64,000 nt of DNA, from assembly GCA_951406725.2 (NCBI GenBank), contig OX597817.1, forward strand, positions 85,250,001 to 85,314,000, written 5' to 3'. Of this stretch, positions 12,478 through 25,875 are shown piece by piece. Each line of letters begins with the position of its first letter. The stretch's first letter is position 1. Under the pieces are notes generated by a model. That model searched no databases. It was not told where the DNA came from and was given only the letters and a program-made list of their open reading frames with translations. Source of the stretch: Octopus vulgaris. Its lineage: Eukaryota. The position numbers and the translations under genes are program-made.

Positions 12478-13800
12478 AGGAGGAGTGGTGATAGAGAGTC
12501 ATCCTGGAAAATGCCACATGAAATTCTTACATCTCCAGCATTGTGAGATTCATTGTCACTGTTCAAAGTCATTGTGGTTCTCCATGATCTCTTACAAACA
12601 AAACGTTTTGTAGAGTAGGTGCTGTTTTATACATTTCCAGATATTTCTTAATCCAGATATGTGATAGACTATCAAAAGCTTTTTTATAGTCCACCCAGAC
12701 TATCGACAAATTTTTGTGTCATTTGTGACAATCTTCCAAGATCATCTTATTGATGAGTAACTGATCTTTACAACCATAGGACCCATGTTTACATCCTTTT
12801 TGCTCATTAGGGAATATGCCACTTTCTATTAAAAAGCTATAGGTACATTCAAGCAAATCAGATGTTAGTATTTTATATATTGTTGTTAAGCAGGTTATGG
12901 GTCTATAATTTTTTGGTTCATTTGTTTCTTCATTTTTTGGAAGTAGGAATGTAACACCATAACTAGCCAAGAGGGAATCATACTAGGTTGTTGAAAACAT
13001 TGTTGTAAAGTTTTGTTAGCAGTTCATAATTCTCTGGGAAGGCATTCAACCAGAAGTTAGGAATTTTATCCTTTCCTGGAGACTTCCACTTGCTTCACTT
13101 CCTGAGAGCAGATATCACATCCTCTACCTTGATACCCTCCAACTTTTGCTCTTCTAAAAAGTCCAATTCAGTAGATATTCTATCAATCCAATCCACAATT
13201 ATATTGTGTGTTTTTGCTTCTGCCCAAATTTTATTCCAAAATTCCTGCACTTCTTTTGATGAGACAGACTTTACTGTAACTGGTATTTTCCCTGTCTTCA
13301 TGTAAAAATTTTGGGGGTTATTTTTGAACATGTCCTTGAAGGATCTAATGCACTTTTCAGACCATGCAATGTGAGCAGCTTTAAGCACATACCTTTTTCT
13401 TCATAGTTTCTTTGGTAGTATCGATGTCAAATGTGGTTTTCATATATTTTTTCTTTAATTTCGGATTTTTATTGGTTTGATAGTCTTGTCAAACTTAAGT
13501 TTTTTTAAACATTCTATGTCAGACCTAAGTAGCTGAATTTGGTGTTGAATAAACTCTTGCCAAGTAGGCTTTTCGTGGGAATGTTGTTGTCTAATCTTTT
13601 CACTGCATAGAATTGTTGAGATCTTTGCAGATGCATAGTACAGGTGGTTGAGATCTGTAATATCAACATCATTAGCTGAAATTACATCCTTAAGTGCAAT
13701 GCAGATTTTACCAATTACTTTCAAGGTTTTGGTTAGAGTTGCAAATTTTTGGGAGAGTGTCACATTCATTCATACTGGTTTCTTTAATTTTCAGCCATTC
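12478..13800 (-). mobile_element. R4/Dong-clade non-LTR retrotransposon internal fragment (N-terminal region and RT N-half), pseudogenised
   Basis: NYRPITCLTTIYKILTS, EQKGCKHGSYGCKDQLLINK, VWVDYKKAFDS and GIFQDDSLSPLL motifs, with stops and frameshifts. Confidence 0.85.
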
Positions 13801-13861
13801 AATCATGATTTGACTTTTTTGATTTTGATTTTTTTTATCTGATTTGATTTGATTTTGATTT

Positions 13862-13884
13862 TATCATCATCATCATCATCATCA

Positions 13885-13942
<58 letters not shown>

Positions 13943-15390
13943 CATTATTATTATTATTATTATTATTATCATTATAATTGCCTTTGCACAGCTTCTAACA
14001 CTGGAGATGTACTATAGTGTCATCTGTTTACTACCAGTGAACTAAGGTAACCCCTCTTATTTTTTGAGCACCTTCTGGAGTATTCGAGCGGTTCCAAGCA
14101 GTGCTGTTTTCTGCAAGTGCTCAACCCTTATTGCAGCCCCTATTTGTTCCACGTACTTCTCAAGATTTTTGCTCACTGTTCCCAGGGCTCCGACAATTAT
14201 TGGTACTACTGCTACCTTTTTCATCGACCACAACTGCTTAACTTCCCAAGCTAAGCTGTCATATCTTTCAACTTTTCTTTCTTCCTTATCACATACCTTG
14301 TTGTCAGCTGGGCATGCTATATCTATGATCCAGCATAGTTTGTTTTCTTTCTCAATTAAGACTATGTCCGGCTTCCTATTCTCTATCTCATGGTCGCACT
14401 GAATCATAAAATCCCATAGGATCTTTGCACTTCTATTTTCAATGATGCCTTCAGGTTTGTGGTCATACCAATTTTTGGCTCTGTCAAGTCCATACTTGTT
14501 ATATAGTGTCCAATGGACAAGCCTGGTTATATTGTCATGGCGTCTCTTATATTCCTTCTGGGCTAGTGGCGTACATTGGCTGGTAATATGCCATACGGTT
14601 TCACCATTTTGTCCACAGATTCTGCACTTATCACTCTCTACTGTGTTGTCTATTCTGTATTTTATGTAGTTTATTCTTAGTACTTGCTCTTATGCAGCAC
14701 AAATTAGAGCCTCTGTTTCTGGTTTTAAATCACTTTTAGTCATCATGTTTTTTCTCTGTCTCTCTTATCTTCAACATCCCTATGAAATTGTCCATGCATT
14801 CTTTTCTTTATCCACCTACCTTCAGTTTCATTCGTTTTCAATTTCTTGCATAGTGCATTATCTTTCCAGTCTTTCATCCTACACAAGCCTGACCTTCCTA
14901 CTTCTAATAATAGCGGTTCTGTGGTATTTTTTACATACCATGCTATGTTGTTTTCTTCTGCTCTAATGCCGTGTTCACATCTGATAAGTCCTCTTCCCTC
15001 TTTTTCTTGGTACACAGTCTGTCTGTGTCACTTTTTGAGTGGAGTGACCCATATCTAGTTAGCAACTTTTTTTATCTTTCTGTCTAAGCTGTTTAGTTTG
15101 TCTACTGTCCATTCTGATATCAGCACTGAAGGTATACACCGTATCAATGAAGGAACTAACTTGGGCTTCATCTTTACCATACAGTTTGAGGTTATTCATG
15201 AATAACAAATGGTTGACTTTTTGTTGGCGGCTTTTGAATACATACCCAACTTTTGCTTTCCTCAGAATCAGTGTTAGTGGTATCAAGCACAGTACAAAGA
15301 TCAGTGGGGACAGGCAGTCCCCTTGGAAGATGCCCCTCCTAATTTCTACTGTCCCTAAACTTCTTCCATATGCTGTCAGTTACTCCTCCA
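13862..15390 (-). mobile_element. 5'-truncated R4/Dong-clade LINE: RT C-half, CCHC knuckle, restriction-like endonuclease, (TAA)n tail
   Basis: RRGIFQGDCLSPL, HLLFMNNLKLY, CRIC..ETVWHI..C, RHD, RKPDIVLI..IIDIACP, LQKTALLGTARIL; (ATT)n at 13888-13975. Confidence 0.9.
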
Positions 15391-15933
15391 ATTATGTTTG
15401 TTACAATTATGATATGAAATAAAATTTCAAGACATTGAAAGAAAAAGGAAAAAAATTCAGTTTCATTTTGACAACAAACGCATACACACACGAATCGGCA
15501 TTCAGTATTCTCTTACACTTCCATAGTACACAATCACATACATTCCTTTTACATACGCATTTGTTCTCTCTCTCTCTCTCTCTCTCTCTTTGTGTCGCTC
15601 TTTGTCTCTCTTTCTCTCCCTCTCCTTGTCAGCTCTAATTCTCTACCTCTCTCTCTATCTAACTCTACTATTGTTTTTTTTTCTCTTTATCACCCCTTCC
15701 TTCGTTATTGATATGTTGTGATAGACTGACGCTTTTCCTCAATATCTCTTTCTGTCTTTCATTCTTTCTTTCTTTCTTTCTTTCACTCTCTTCCTATTTC
15801 ATTCACCCTCTTTTCCTCTATCTAATTACTGATGGCTTCGGACAGCCGGATGGATGGACACAGCTCTTATTATAGTATAAGATTACTTTGATCTCTTTCT
15901 TCATTTTCTTCTATAGTTGGTTTAACAAACTTA

Positions 15934-17183
15934 CCGTAAAAACCCATGTAATTTGCGCATCTGTATAATTTACGCAGGTGATTTTCAGGATAAAATTTGT
16001 TAAAAAAAAAGCTTCTACTCATGTAAAATTCGCACTCAAAAGTTTTCAGAATTGCCAATATAGCCAGGGGAAAAAGGTTTTCAATTTAGTTGTATTTAGC
16101 ATAATTTCACTTACTTATGATTAGATTTTATTGAATTTTCATTAAATAAAAATAATTTCTGTTTAACAGGTATCATATTGAAGGCTATTAAATTATAAAA
16201 TGTTTGTGTTGTTTATAATAAACTTTATTTTACATTTCTTGCCCACAAAATATTATGTCCAATCTTTAGCATTTTGCTGTACGTCTTCTCAAATTACAAT
16301 CTCAGGAAAAGTTGTTGATAAGAATTACTAACAAAAACAAAGCTGATAAATATGCCCAGGTGTTGCAAATTAAGTTTAATTACTAATATACATCAGCTTG
16401 GATAACACTTTTCTCAATGGACAGAGGAAGATGACCGATCAAACTGATTATGTAAATAGAATTATTTTCTGCCTATTTTTGACAGAACCATTGATATAGA
16501 GTATCAAAATTTGAATCCCTTTAAAATTTAAAATTTGTCATTACCATTATTGTCAGTATTGTCAGAACTTATGAATTGTTTACTGCAAAGGAGAAATTAA
16601 ATATGTTGAATATGCATTTCAACGTGACAATAGAGCTGCCAGAAGGTATTTTAATGTTAATGAAGCCAATGTTCGAAATTGGCATAAACAGTGTGACAAA
16701 CTTATAGCTGTGCCTCGTAATAAACAGGCAAAAATAAAAATATACAATCAAAATTATCCATATCATTACATTTTTTTCAGTCAGGAATATCCACATCTCT
16801 ATATATGTTGATGATATTCCATTGTAATAGGTAGAAACTCCAAGCAATATAAAATATGGCCCAGACCATGTTTACCAGCATGAATGTCAGACTTCAAAAA
16901 GTAGTTAACCATTTAACAGTTTTAGTAAATTTATACAGAAAAAGTAAGCATTATTCCATCCAGCATAAATAAAAGTCAACCTCATTATATTTAAGCCATT
17001 ATTTTTTCTGTAAAAACCTATTCTGACATTAAATGAGTCAACTTCCAGTATGAATGTTTATTTTGTATGTCTTTTTGCAACAAAAAAATTTCTGGAAATG
17101 ATCTACTCATGTAATTTATGTGCCCCCTAAAGTTTATATTTATTTTTGTGAAAAAATTGCATAAATTACATGGGTTTTTATGG
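15934..17183. mobile_element. Non-autonomous Tc1/mariner-superfamily (pogo/Tc2-like) DNA transposon
   Basis: TIRs ccgtaaaaacccatgtaatttgcgca and tgcataaattacatgggtttttatgg, TA on both sides; no transposase recognised inside. Confidence 0.8.
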
Positions 17184-17784
17184 TATATTTTAACAAACTA
17201 CCCTGATTTCATTAAATTAATTCTTTTTTTTTTCCCCAGAACTTAAGTCACAACTTTTACTTAACACTTATATTTCTTGAACTCTTTTTCTTTAAAAAAG
17301 TTTTGCCAACAAAAAATTGTCAAAGCAGAATTGAGGAAAACAAAAATATTGCTTTGTAATTCCACCTCAAGAGACACTTCTCGGAAACTGTTCTGAATAG
17401 TTTCTTTTTTCAAATTTCACAACTTAGAACTTATTTTAAGAAATCTTCCAAAAGTGAAGAACTACTCACACATCTTCAAAGAGAAAGTTCAGTCTAGTGG
17501 ATTAAGAGTTACATATAACTTTTTGAAGAGTGCTACAGGATGTATGTCAATGTTGAGAGAAAGATATATAATTTTGAATCAATAGACACAGAAATTCAGT
17601 CATCTATGTTTGATGTGTAATGTTTGAAGTTCTGTTTTTCTTAGAAGTTTGAATTCTGTGGAGGTGGAGGAAAATTTTGACAAAATGCTACACAAAAATA
17701 AACCATGGGCATGAATAAAACAGATGTTATACTCTGTCTTTATTCATGCTTCTGGTATATTTTTCATTTGTCATCATTGTCACC

Positions 17785-18122
17785 ACTGTCATCGTTGTTT
17801 TAACAGTCAACTTTCTATACCTGTATGGGTAGATGGTAGTTTATTGAAGCAGATTTTCTAAAGCCAAATGCCCTTTCTGTTGCCAACCCTCACTTGCTTC
17901 CCAGCGAGGTAATATTTCCTCATGACCAGAAATGTTTTTGCAGAATATTGCAAATAGATAACACTGCTTGTATGATGCTCTCTCTCTCTCTCTTTCCATG
18001 TACAGAATCCACTTGCAAATCTTTGGTTGGCTGAGAGATATAATAAAAGTGTTATGGTAGTGGAACTGAACACAAAACAATATGGTTGGGAAGCAAATTT
18101 CTTTGCCACACAGCCACACCCT
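17785..18122 (-). mobile_element. tRNA/CORE-type SINE with RTE-derived tail
   Basis: Head ccacacagccacacc at the right end; aatgccctttctgttgccaacc and catcgttgttttaac tail at the left end. Confidence 0.65.
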
Positions 18123-19251
18123 CAAGTTTTAGACTTTAAAAGACTATAAATGTTATTTAATTAAACTGAAGACACTACTGCAAAAAGTGCCTTTGTTAAT
18201 CCTTCCTAATCCATATCTATTACAAACACTTATTTGAACACAGCATTTGATTAGAAATCATAACTTCAGTGAGACTAAGTGAAGTGGTAAACAAAAAGTG
18301 CAAGTTAGATGTAGTTTATATACATTTTCAGCCTTTATGGCTTCTGAGCATTTTCACTTTACCTAAATTTCAATAATGTCCAAATCTCTTGAATGAGTTT
18401 TTATTTTTTTGTTTTTAAATGGCAGAAGTTACAAGGAGATTCAAGGGCTGACAGTTTTGTGCTCTAATTTCTCAACCCTTGATTCACTTCATAACTTCTG
18501 ATTAAAAATAATAACTCACATTCTATTTATCCCGTTTGTTCAACCAAACCTGTTAAATGAGTTGTAAGTTTGCCACGCACTGTTATGAGCCTTTGACTTT
18601 TTGATGATGGATTCATAAGGGTGTTGTGACTTTTGGCATGTTTTGAGCAGAATCCATTGATCTCTAGGTCTGAACACAGTCAATTCCTTTCAGAAGGACA
18701 GAAAAAGACAGACAAAAAGTGAAGAATTGACTCTTACACAGTACACCATAAGAAGATGAAAGGCAAAGTTGACCTCAGTGAGGTTAGAACTCTAAGCACA
18801 GACAGAATGATTAGCCACAAAGCAATTTATCTTAGACTTTAACAGTTCTGACAATTGAACACTGTTAACAGTGTGTATTCTTTTACTGATCCCACCATTG
18901 GATTTTGTGACCATGCTGGGACACTTTTACCAAGGGTTTTAGTTGGTCAGATAAACCCAAATAGTCCTTTCAGTTTGGTCCTTAAGTTATGTGTTTGACA
19001 TAAGAGGATACAATGTCACTTACTGGTTTACACTGATAAACATGGGCACAGACATGAACACACATACAGACACATAACAAACTTCAAAACAGTTTCCATC
19101 TACTAAATTCCACTCACAAAGCATACCCATTATGACCTAAAGATAAAGTTACTTGTCCTTCTAATGAGCTACCATGGCATTTGAGAGAATATCAATTTTC
19201 CAAGTATCTGTAGTTTTTATGGATCTTGTGCACCTTCCATCTACAAACACT

Positions 19252-19312
<61 letters not shown>

Positions 19313-19315
<3 letters not shown>

Positions 19316-19680
19316 CATCATCATCATCATTTAACATCTGTTTTCCATGCTAGCATGGGTTGGGTTGGATGGTTCAATAAGAGCCAGGGAGCCATTGGAT
19401 TGTGCCAAGCTCTAATGTATGTTTTGCCATAGTTTCTATAGCTGGATGTCTTTCCTAATGCCAACCACTTTACAGAGTATACAGGATACTTTTTACATGG
19501 CACCAGCATTTGTGAGGCCACCAAAACCCCTAAACTAAGAAGGTTTAGTCTTGAGGGAGATGGCTTCATGCCAGGTGATGATATGTTAAAGTATGATAGT
19601 GAGACAGGTACCTGTATCTTGCGTAGGGGAGATATATGATTACCCAAATTGGAAAAGAGAGAGAGAAGATGGTGGTGAAT
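19313..19680 (-). mobile_element. RTE LINE 3' end
   Basis: (CAT)n ttaacatctgttttccatgctagcatgggttgg...ggatgtctttcctaatgccaaccac; abuts a (CA)n run. Confidence 0.75.
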
Positions 19681-19728
19681 ATGCACACACGCATGCACAG
19701 ACACACACATACACAAACACACACACAG

Positions 19729-19937
19729 TGGGGGTGCTGAAATGTTCCTAGCTTTAAGGGTATCACAAAAAGCCTGGTTGGAGGCCCAACCGTCTGATTT
19801 CTTTTACAGGCCTTAGGAATAGGACCACTGCAATAAGTGTGTGAATCTGAGAGGGGAATATGTTGAATAAAATCATAATTAACTGACCCTCTTGTATTTT
19901 CTTTTACCCAAAGCCAGAAACTTTTCAGCTCCCCTCA
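19729..19937 (+). mobile_element. Mariner-derived MITE
   Basis: TIRs ggggtgctgaaatgttcctagcttt and aaagccagaaacttttcagctcccc; retains the transposase C-terminal remnant CNKCVNLRGEYVE*. Confidence 0.75.
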
Positions 19938-21480
19938 TGTGTGTGTGTGTGTCCATTGCAATTTAAACCTTAGATTGCATAATAAATAACCAGTATTTAG
20001 AACTCCATGTGTATTTCTGTTCATGTACTGTAATTATATCCTTTGTTATGAAATCAATTTATACATAAGAGGCTACATGTATTTGTACTTATACTTAACT
20101 ATTTGAAGTTGTTGGATTTGTTACACTTTATATGATTTACTTTCCAAATTATTTGATATGAGCTCTCATTTGATATGAGTTCTTGCTACTGATGGATTGT
20201 ATTTGAAAGTTTATTCTGCTGCCTCCTTTATCTCATAGTGTTCCACTAACATTTTTATGTTAATAGATTTTGATGTTCAAATTAATTTTGTCCTTATTCT
20301 TATTGGTAAATCTATCTAATCAATATATATATAATACACTATGTGTCATCAATATATATTTAATATATATTAATGCACTATATGTATTCGTATATACACT
20401 TATTCCACTATTAATATTATTTTGCTTCATATATTCCACTATTATCTTTATATTCAACTGACTGAGAGATATCATCAATTCAAGTTCAGCCTATTTACTT
20501 ATTACACTGCATGCATGTATTTCCTGCTTTAAGTGCAACAAAAAACAAGAATAATTTAAAATTACTGATTCAAAATTCAGAATGCTAAGATGTGCTGGTT
20601 CTTCGTCATATCTATACAAGAAATTTTCTTTGAGAACTTTTGCAGTCAATGTGCATAATAATATCTTTTGCACAGATTGTGTCAAATGTATTGTAAATGT
20701 GCAGCTTTTGCATGAACTAAACCTGCTGTCCCTTAAAAGCCTTTAGAAATGTGTGTAACCTGTTTGTAAGATCATGTATCCACATGTAAATATGCATATA
20801 TTTTAATAGATTTGAATACATATATGACATGTGTGTTTTAGTAGAGCATTTGTTGTAGAAAATAACATAATGTAGAATAATGAGTGAAACATTGACTACG
20901 ACATATTGTACATATTAAAAGTAATCAAACCAGTGTAATATTTGAGGAATGATGAATATAATTTTCTTATTTTCCTGCTATTTTGGCATTTTTATTAACA
21001 TCCTTATACTTTCATTAGCAACTTCCATCATGTACATTTTCCAGTGATTCCTCCAATTGGAAAAATTAAATATTCATATGCTCAAACCAAAATGTTGTGA
21101 TTGTCACACAGTAAAACATACACCTTCATTATTGACAGATCAGGTACTCTAGAATGTGTAGAAAACAAAACTAAAAGAATCTTTATAAGATATTCAATTA
21201 CACCATCTTACATATGCTTCATTAATATAAGGTGATTATTAGTTACGTAATGTAAATTAGATAATCCAAACTTATTCTAACATGTCTCTGACACTTAGAC
21301 ATTAAGTCTTGATTATGTAATTTTCGTTATGTCACAATAATCACCTTGTTAATGAAATGTATGTAAGCTGATGCAATGAAATATCTTAACAACCTTCCAT
21401 GTTTTTTTCTTTTTATGTGAATGTATATATATATTTACACACACACACACACACACACATATATATGCATATATATATAA

Positions 21481-21810
21481 TCATTATCATTATCACTTAA
21501 CGTCCATTATCCATGCTGGCATGGGTTGGATAGTTTGGCAGGAGCTCACAAGCTGAAGGGCTGTTCAGGCTCTATGTCTGTTTTGGCATGGTTTCTATGG
21601 CCAGATGTCATTCCTGATGCCAACCACTTCCCAGAGTGTACTGAGTGCTTTTACTCATCACCAGCACAAGTGCTTTTTATGTGACGCAGAACCTACGAGC
21701 ATGCAACATTAGGAATGCTCAGCTGGAGAGGATTGCAAGGGATGAGCCTATATGCAAAATCAACCATGCTTTTACCTAGCTTGACATATCTTTTCAAGCA
21801 CAGCTGAATG
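21481..21810 (-). mobile_element. RTE LINE 3' end
   Basis: cattatcacttaacgtccattatccatgctggcatgggttgg tail, adjacent to a TA/CA run. Confidence 0.75.
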
Positions 21811-21814
21811 GAAT

Positions 21815-22215
21815 TGCTAGGGCCACTGATTGGCACATAAAAAGCACCATTCGAGCATGATCATTGCCAGTGTCGCTTTACCAGCTCATGTGCCAGTGGC
21901 ACGTGAAAAACAACATATGAGCGTGGTCGTTGCCAGTGCTGCTGGACTGGCTCCCATGCAGGTAGTACGTAAAAAACACCTTTTGAGTATGGGCGATGCC
22001 AAAACCACCTGACTGGCTCTCATGCCAGTGGCATGTAAAAGCATTCACTACACTCTCGGAGTGGTTGGCATTAGGAAGAGCATCCAGCTGTAGAAACTTT
22101 GCCAGACCAGATTGGAGCCTGGTGCAGCCTTCTGGCTTGCCAGTCCTCAGTCAAACCTTCCAACCCATGCCAGCATGGAAAGCGGACGTTAAACGACGAC
22201 GATGATGATGATGAT
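21815..22215 (+). mobile_element. RTE LINE 3' end with four tandem units
   Basis: Repeated tggcacrtaaaaagcacc-like motifs; ends ggacgttaaacgacgacgatgatgat. Confidence 0.8.
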
Positions 22216-23902
22216 ACACACACACACACACACACACGCATAAATGTGCATACATATATATATGACAGGCAACTACACATTTTCCATTTACCAAATTCTA
22301 TTGAGAAGGCACTGATTTATTATAAGGTGCCACACAAAAGAATTGACCTGGAACTATGTTTTGTGAAGTAAACTTTTTAACCCACAGCATGTAAGGCTAG
22401 CAAGAAATATCACTGAAGATTTCTGAGGATTTTAGTTACATGTTATCTAAGACTAGGTTTTCATGCCTGAGAATACTGTTATCTCTTTTTATGAGAATAC
22501 TGTTCCTAACCATGTTCATGGCAGTGATGCAGGTTTAGTATGAGATGTTTAAGATGCATGTGAATGGCACCTATGTGGAGGTGGTTAAGAAAGAACTTGA
22601 TTGCCCTTAGTTTAGAAATGTTTTCTGGCGTGAAACCAATCTGATATTGTGTATCCATCCAGGACTGAGACACCTGATGAAGCTGGGAGAGTGAGCCAAT
22701 ATCATACTGCAAATATTGTAAATGTGCACACTAAAGATGAGACTAATAGTCTGGAAAATCCAATTACTAAATTTGAAATAAATAATTTTTCCTGGTTCAT
22801 TGATTTCCAAGGAAGACAACTACTTGTAGACTATGATGTTCTTCTCATATACGATATAAGGGTTGGATAAGATTAAAAGTTAATACAGAGTCTGAAAAAA
22901 GTAGAGATTAATGTTTATCAGGAATATATAGAAGTAGAGGTAGTGTCATAGAATTGTGATTCTTAAGACAGAGGGTTGCATTTAGTGTTGTTTAGAAAGA
23001 GAGAATATACGTACATCATAAGGGGTAGAAATCTACTTTTTGTCATTTGTTGGAAAATGTTGAAAAGAAATGTTTTTTGCAGTATTAATAGATAAATTAT
23101 TCAGTGCAAAATTAGTTCCGTAAATTTTTAGTGAGGAAGCTTTATTAATAAGGCTAATAGATGTTTCATAAACATAATTTAGAATGATACTATGTAAGTA
23201 ATGCTAATTAAAAGTGTGCTATCTCTAAGATGATATCAATCGAGTCTATTTTGATTGCTATTATGTACCTTTCTAATGAAACATCGCTATATAATTGATT
23301 TTGTGTCCATGTTTTGGTCTCATTGTGTTTGTTGAAAATAACTAGACCTGGTTATATCTATATTCTTTGGTTGTCTTATAGAGTTAAGCTTGTTTCTGTT
23401 TAAAGCAGAAACTAAAAGGATCTGTCTATGAATTTAGTTTTAAATGTGTGCATGTGTATGAATGCTTGCACATAATCAGATATATTGATAATTCTTCATC
23501 TTTAAATACTGCGTGCACTTAGCTTCATTGATTAACAAGTTCTTTTAATGAGCCACAATACCAATTTTATTGAGGAGTGTAAAATTGATTCATATGATCC
23601 ACTTATATTTGTTTTATTGATTCAAGATCAAAGCAAACTCTAACGTGACTTGAACTGAGAAGAAGAAGGCATCAAGTTTTCGTTACCATAAAACAACCAA
23701 TGATAATTAAAGACAATTCTGTTTCTAGTACCTTTCATGATTAATTTCTTTCACAGACACATGGTCTCACATTAACACAGTCAAAAAGGCTTTTGAGGAA
23801 TGCATGCAGTTACTGTTACCAAAATATCAGAAATACTCAGAAATCAGAAATTAGTAATTTTTCTATTTTTGTAAACTCAAAAATTTTTTTTTGTGTCCTT
23901 TA

Positions 23903-25497
23903 TATGAGGTACTATCTGGGCTAGTTATGTTTAATAAAAAATAACTTATTTACCTAAGTTTTAACATCATCTCCTTCAAAATATTCACCTTGTGCAGCAA
24001 TACACCAGTTACAGCATTCATGCCACTTTTGGAATCCAGCTGCCTTTTCAACTTGGAGATGAGATGGAAGTCCACAGGTGCTAAATCTGGTGAATAGTAT
24101 GTGTGCAGAAGTGATACCATATTGTTTTTGGCAAGAAACTCTTGGGTGAGGAGAGTTCAGTGAGAGGGTGCATTGCCATTGCGAAGAATCTAGTTCTTCA
24201 CGCTCCACAGATCTTATCGTTTTCACTGAATGTCCTTCCTTAAATGCTTCAAACATCGCAGTAGATCTCTCAATTGATGGTCTGGCCTTGGGGGACGAAT
24301 TCTTGATGCACAATACCACAGATTTCTCTTTCTCTAGTTTCAGCTCAGAGCTGCAGCTATGCTGATGCACAAAAAAAAAAAGCAGTGAGCATGCTCTTGA
24401 TTGAGCTGCAACTCTGTCATGCCTTCTTTGGTTGTGGAGATGGAGGGCTTTTCCATTGTGATAACTGCTGCTTTGTATCAGAGTTGTCAGAGACTACTGT
24501 TTTGTCTCAGAGATCTTAACAGACTTTGATGCAATGTTCTTTCTGCCCAATGGTCAACAGGGAGGGGACAAACTTGGAAGAGATATGCCACATGTTCAAT
24601 TCAGATGTTAAGATTGCTGCACAGACCACATATAACAGACAGACAACATCACCAATGTCATTGATTATTCTCCAACAACCCTCATGCACAGCTGATGAAT
24701 TTTCTCCACATTTCTGGGGATGATACTCGTGGCAGGTCTTCTAGATTGCTCATCATCTTCCAGGGGTGTTCTTCCTCTTTTGAAGTACCTGTGCCATTCA
24801 AAATATTGCATACTACCCATTGCCTCATCGCCATAAGCTTGCCAAAGCAAGCTCAATGTCTCTGCAGCAGACTTCCCACATTTAATGCAAGACAAAATCG
24901 CATGATCACAGAAACACAAATTTCACAACTTAAGAAAGTGAGCTGGCAAAGTTGGCAAGCTGGCAGAAATGTTAGCACGCTGGGCAAAATGCTTAGCGGT
25001 ATTTTGTCTGCCGCTACGTTCTGAGTTCAAATTCTGCCGAGGTCAACTTTGCCTTTCATCCTTTCGGGGTCGATTAAATAAGTACCAGTTACACACTGGG
25101 GTCGATATAATCGACTTAATCCATTTGTCTGTCCTTGTTTGTCCTCTCTGTGTTTAGCCCCTTGTGGGCAGTAAAGAAATAGGTATTTCGTCTGCCGCTA
25201 CGTTCTGAGTTTAAATTCCGCCGAGGTCGACTTTGCCTTTCATCCTTTCAGGATCGATTAAATAAGTACCAGTTACATACTGAGGTCGATGTAATCAACT
25301 TAATCCATTTGTCTGTCCTTGTTTGTCCCCTCTGTGTGTAGCCCCTTGTGGGCAGTAAAGAAATGAGAAACACAAATTTCACTACTTGCAAAGTAAACAC
25401 ACAATGTCACTCAGCACATTACCTCATGAAGATCACTGCAAGCTTTCACTGTGCACACTACAGAACTTGTCCAGGAACTTTTTGATACCACCTCATA
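23903..25497 (-). mobile_element. Mariner transposon, decayed, with nested SINE dimer
   Basis: HTH region GKSAAETLSLLWQAYGDEAM..EWHRYFKRGRTPLEDD..RP; C-terminus CIAAQGEYFEGD; partially matching ends tatgaggt..tatc and gataccacctcata. Confidence 0.85.
24935..25365 (+). mobile_element. Head-to-tail dimer of the Meta-like tRNA SINE with a single TSD
   Basis: Full copy ~24952-25181 and 5'-truncated copy 25182-25365; TSD agaaacacaaatttcac at 24910-24926 and 25366-25382. Confidence 0.85.
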
Positions 25498-25514
25498 TAT
25501 TTAAGTTAATATAT

Positions 25515-25875
25515 TCTATCTTTCATCTATCTTTTACTTGTATAAATCATTAGACTGTGACCATGCTGGGAAACTGCCTTGAAGAATTTTAGTCAGACAA
25601 ATCTACCTCAGTACTTATCTTCTTTTTAAGCCTGGTACTTAGTCTTTCAGTTACTGAGACATAAACACACCAACACCAGTTGTTAATCAATGGTGAGGGA
25701 CAAACATACACAATGGGCTTCTTTCAGTTTCCATCTACCAAGTCCATTCACAAGGCGTTGGTTGACCTGAAACTAAAGTAAGAAACACTTGTCCAAGGTG
25801 CCACACAGTGAGACTGAACTTGGGACCATGTGATTGGAAAGCAAACTTTTTACCACACAGCCATACCTATGCCTA
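25515..25875 (-). mobile_element. tRNA/CORE-type SINE
   Basis: Same family as 7409-7830. Confidence 0.75.

Noticed and set aside
14064-14402. 112-aa plus-strand ORF
   Set aside because: Antisense shadow of the R4/Dong endonuclease ORF
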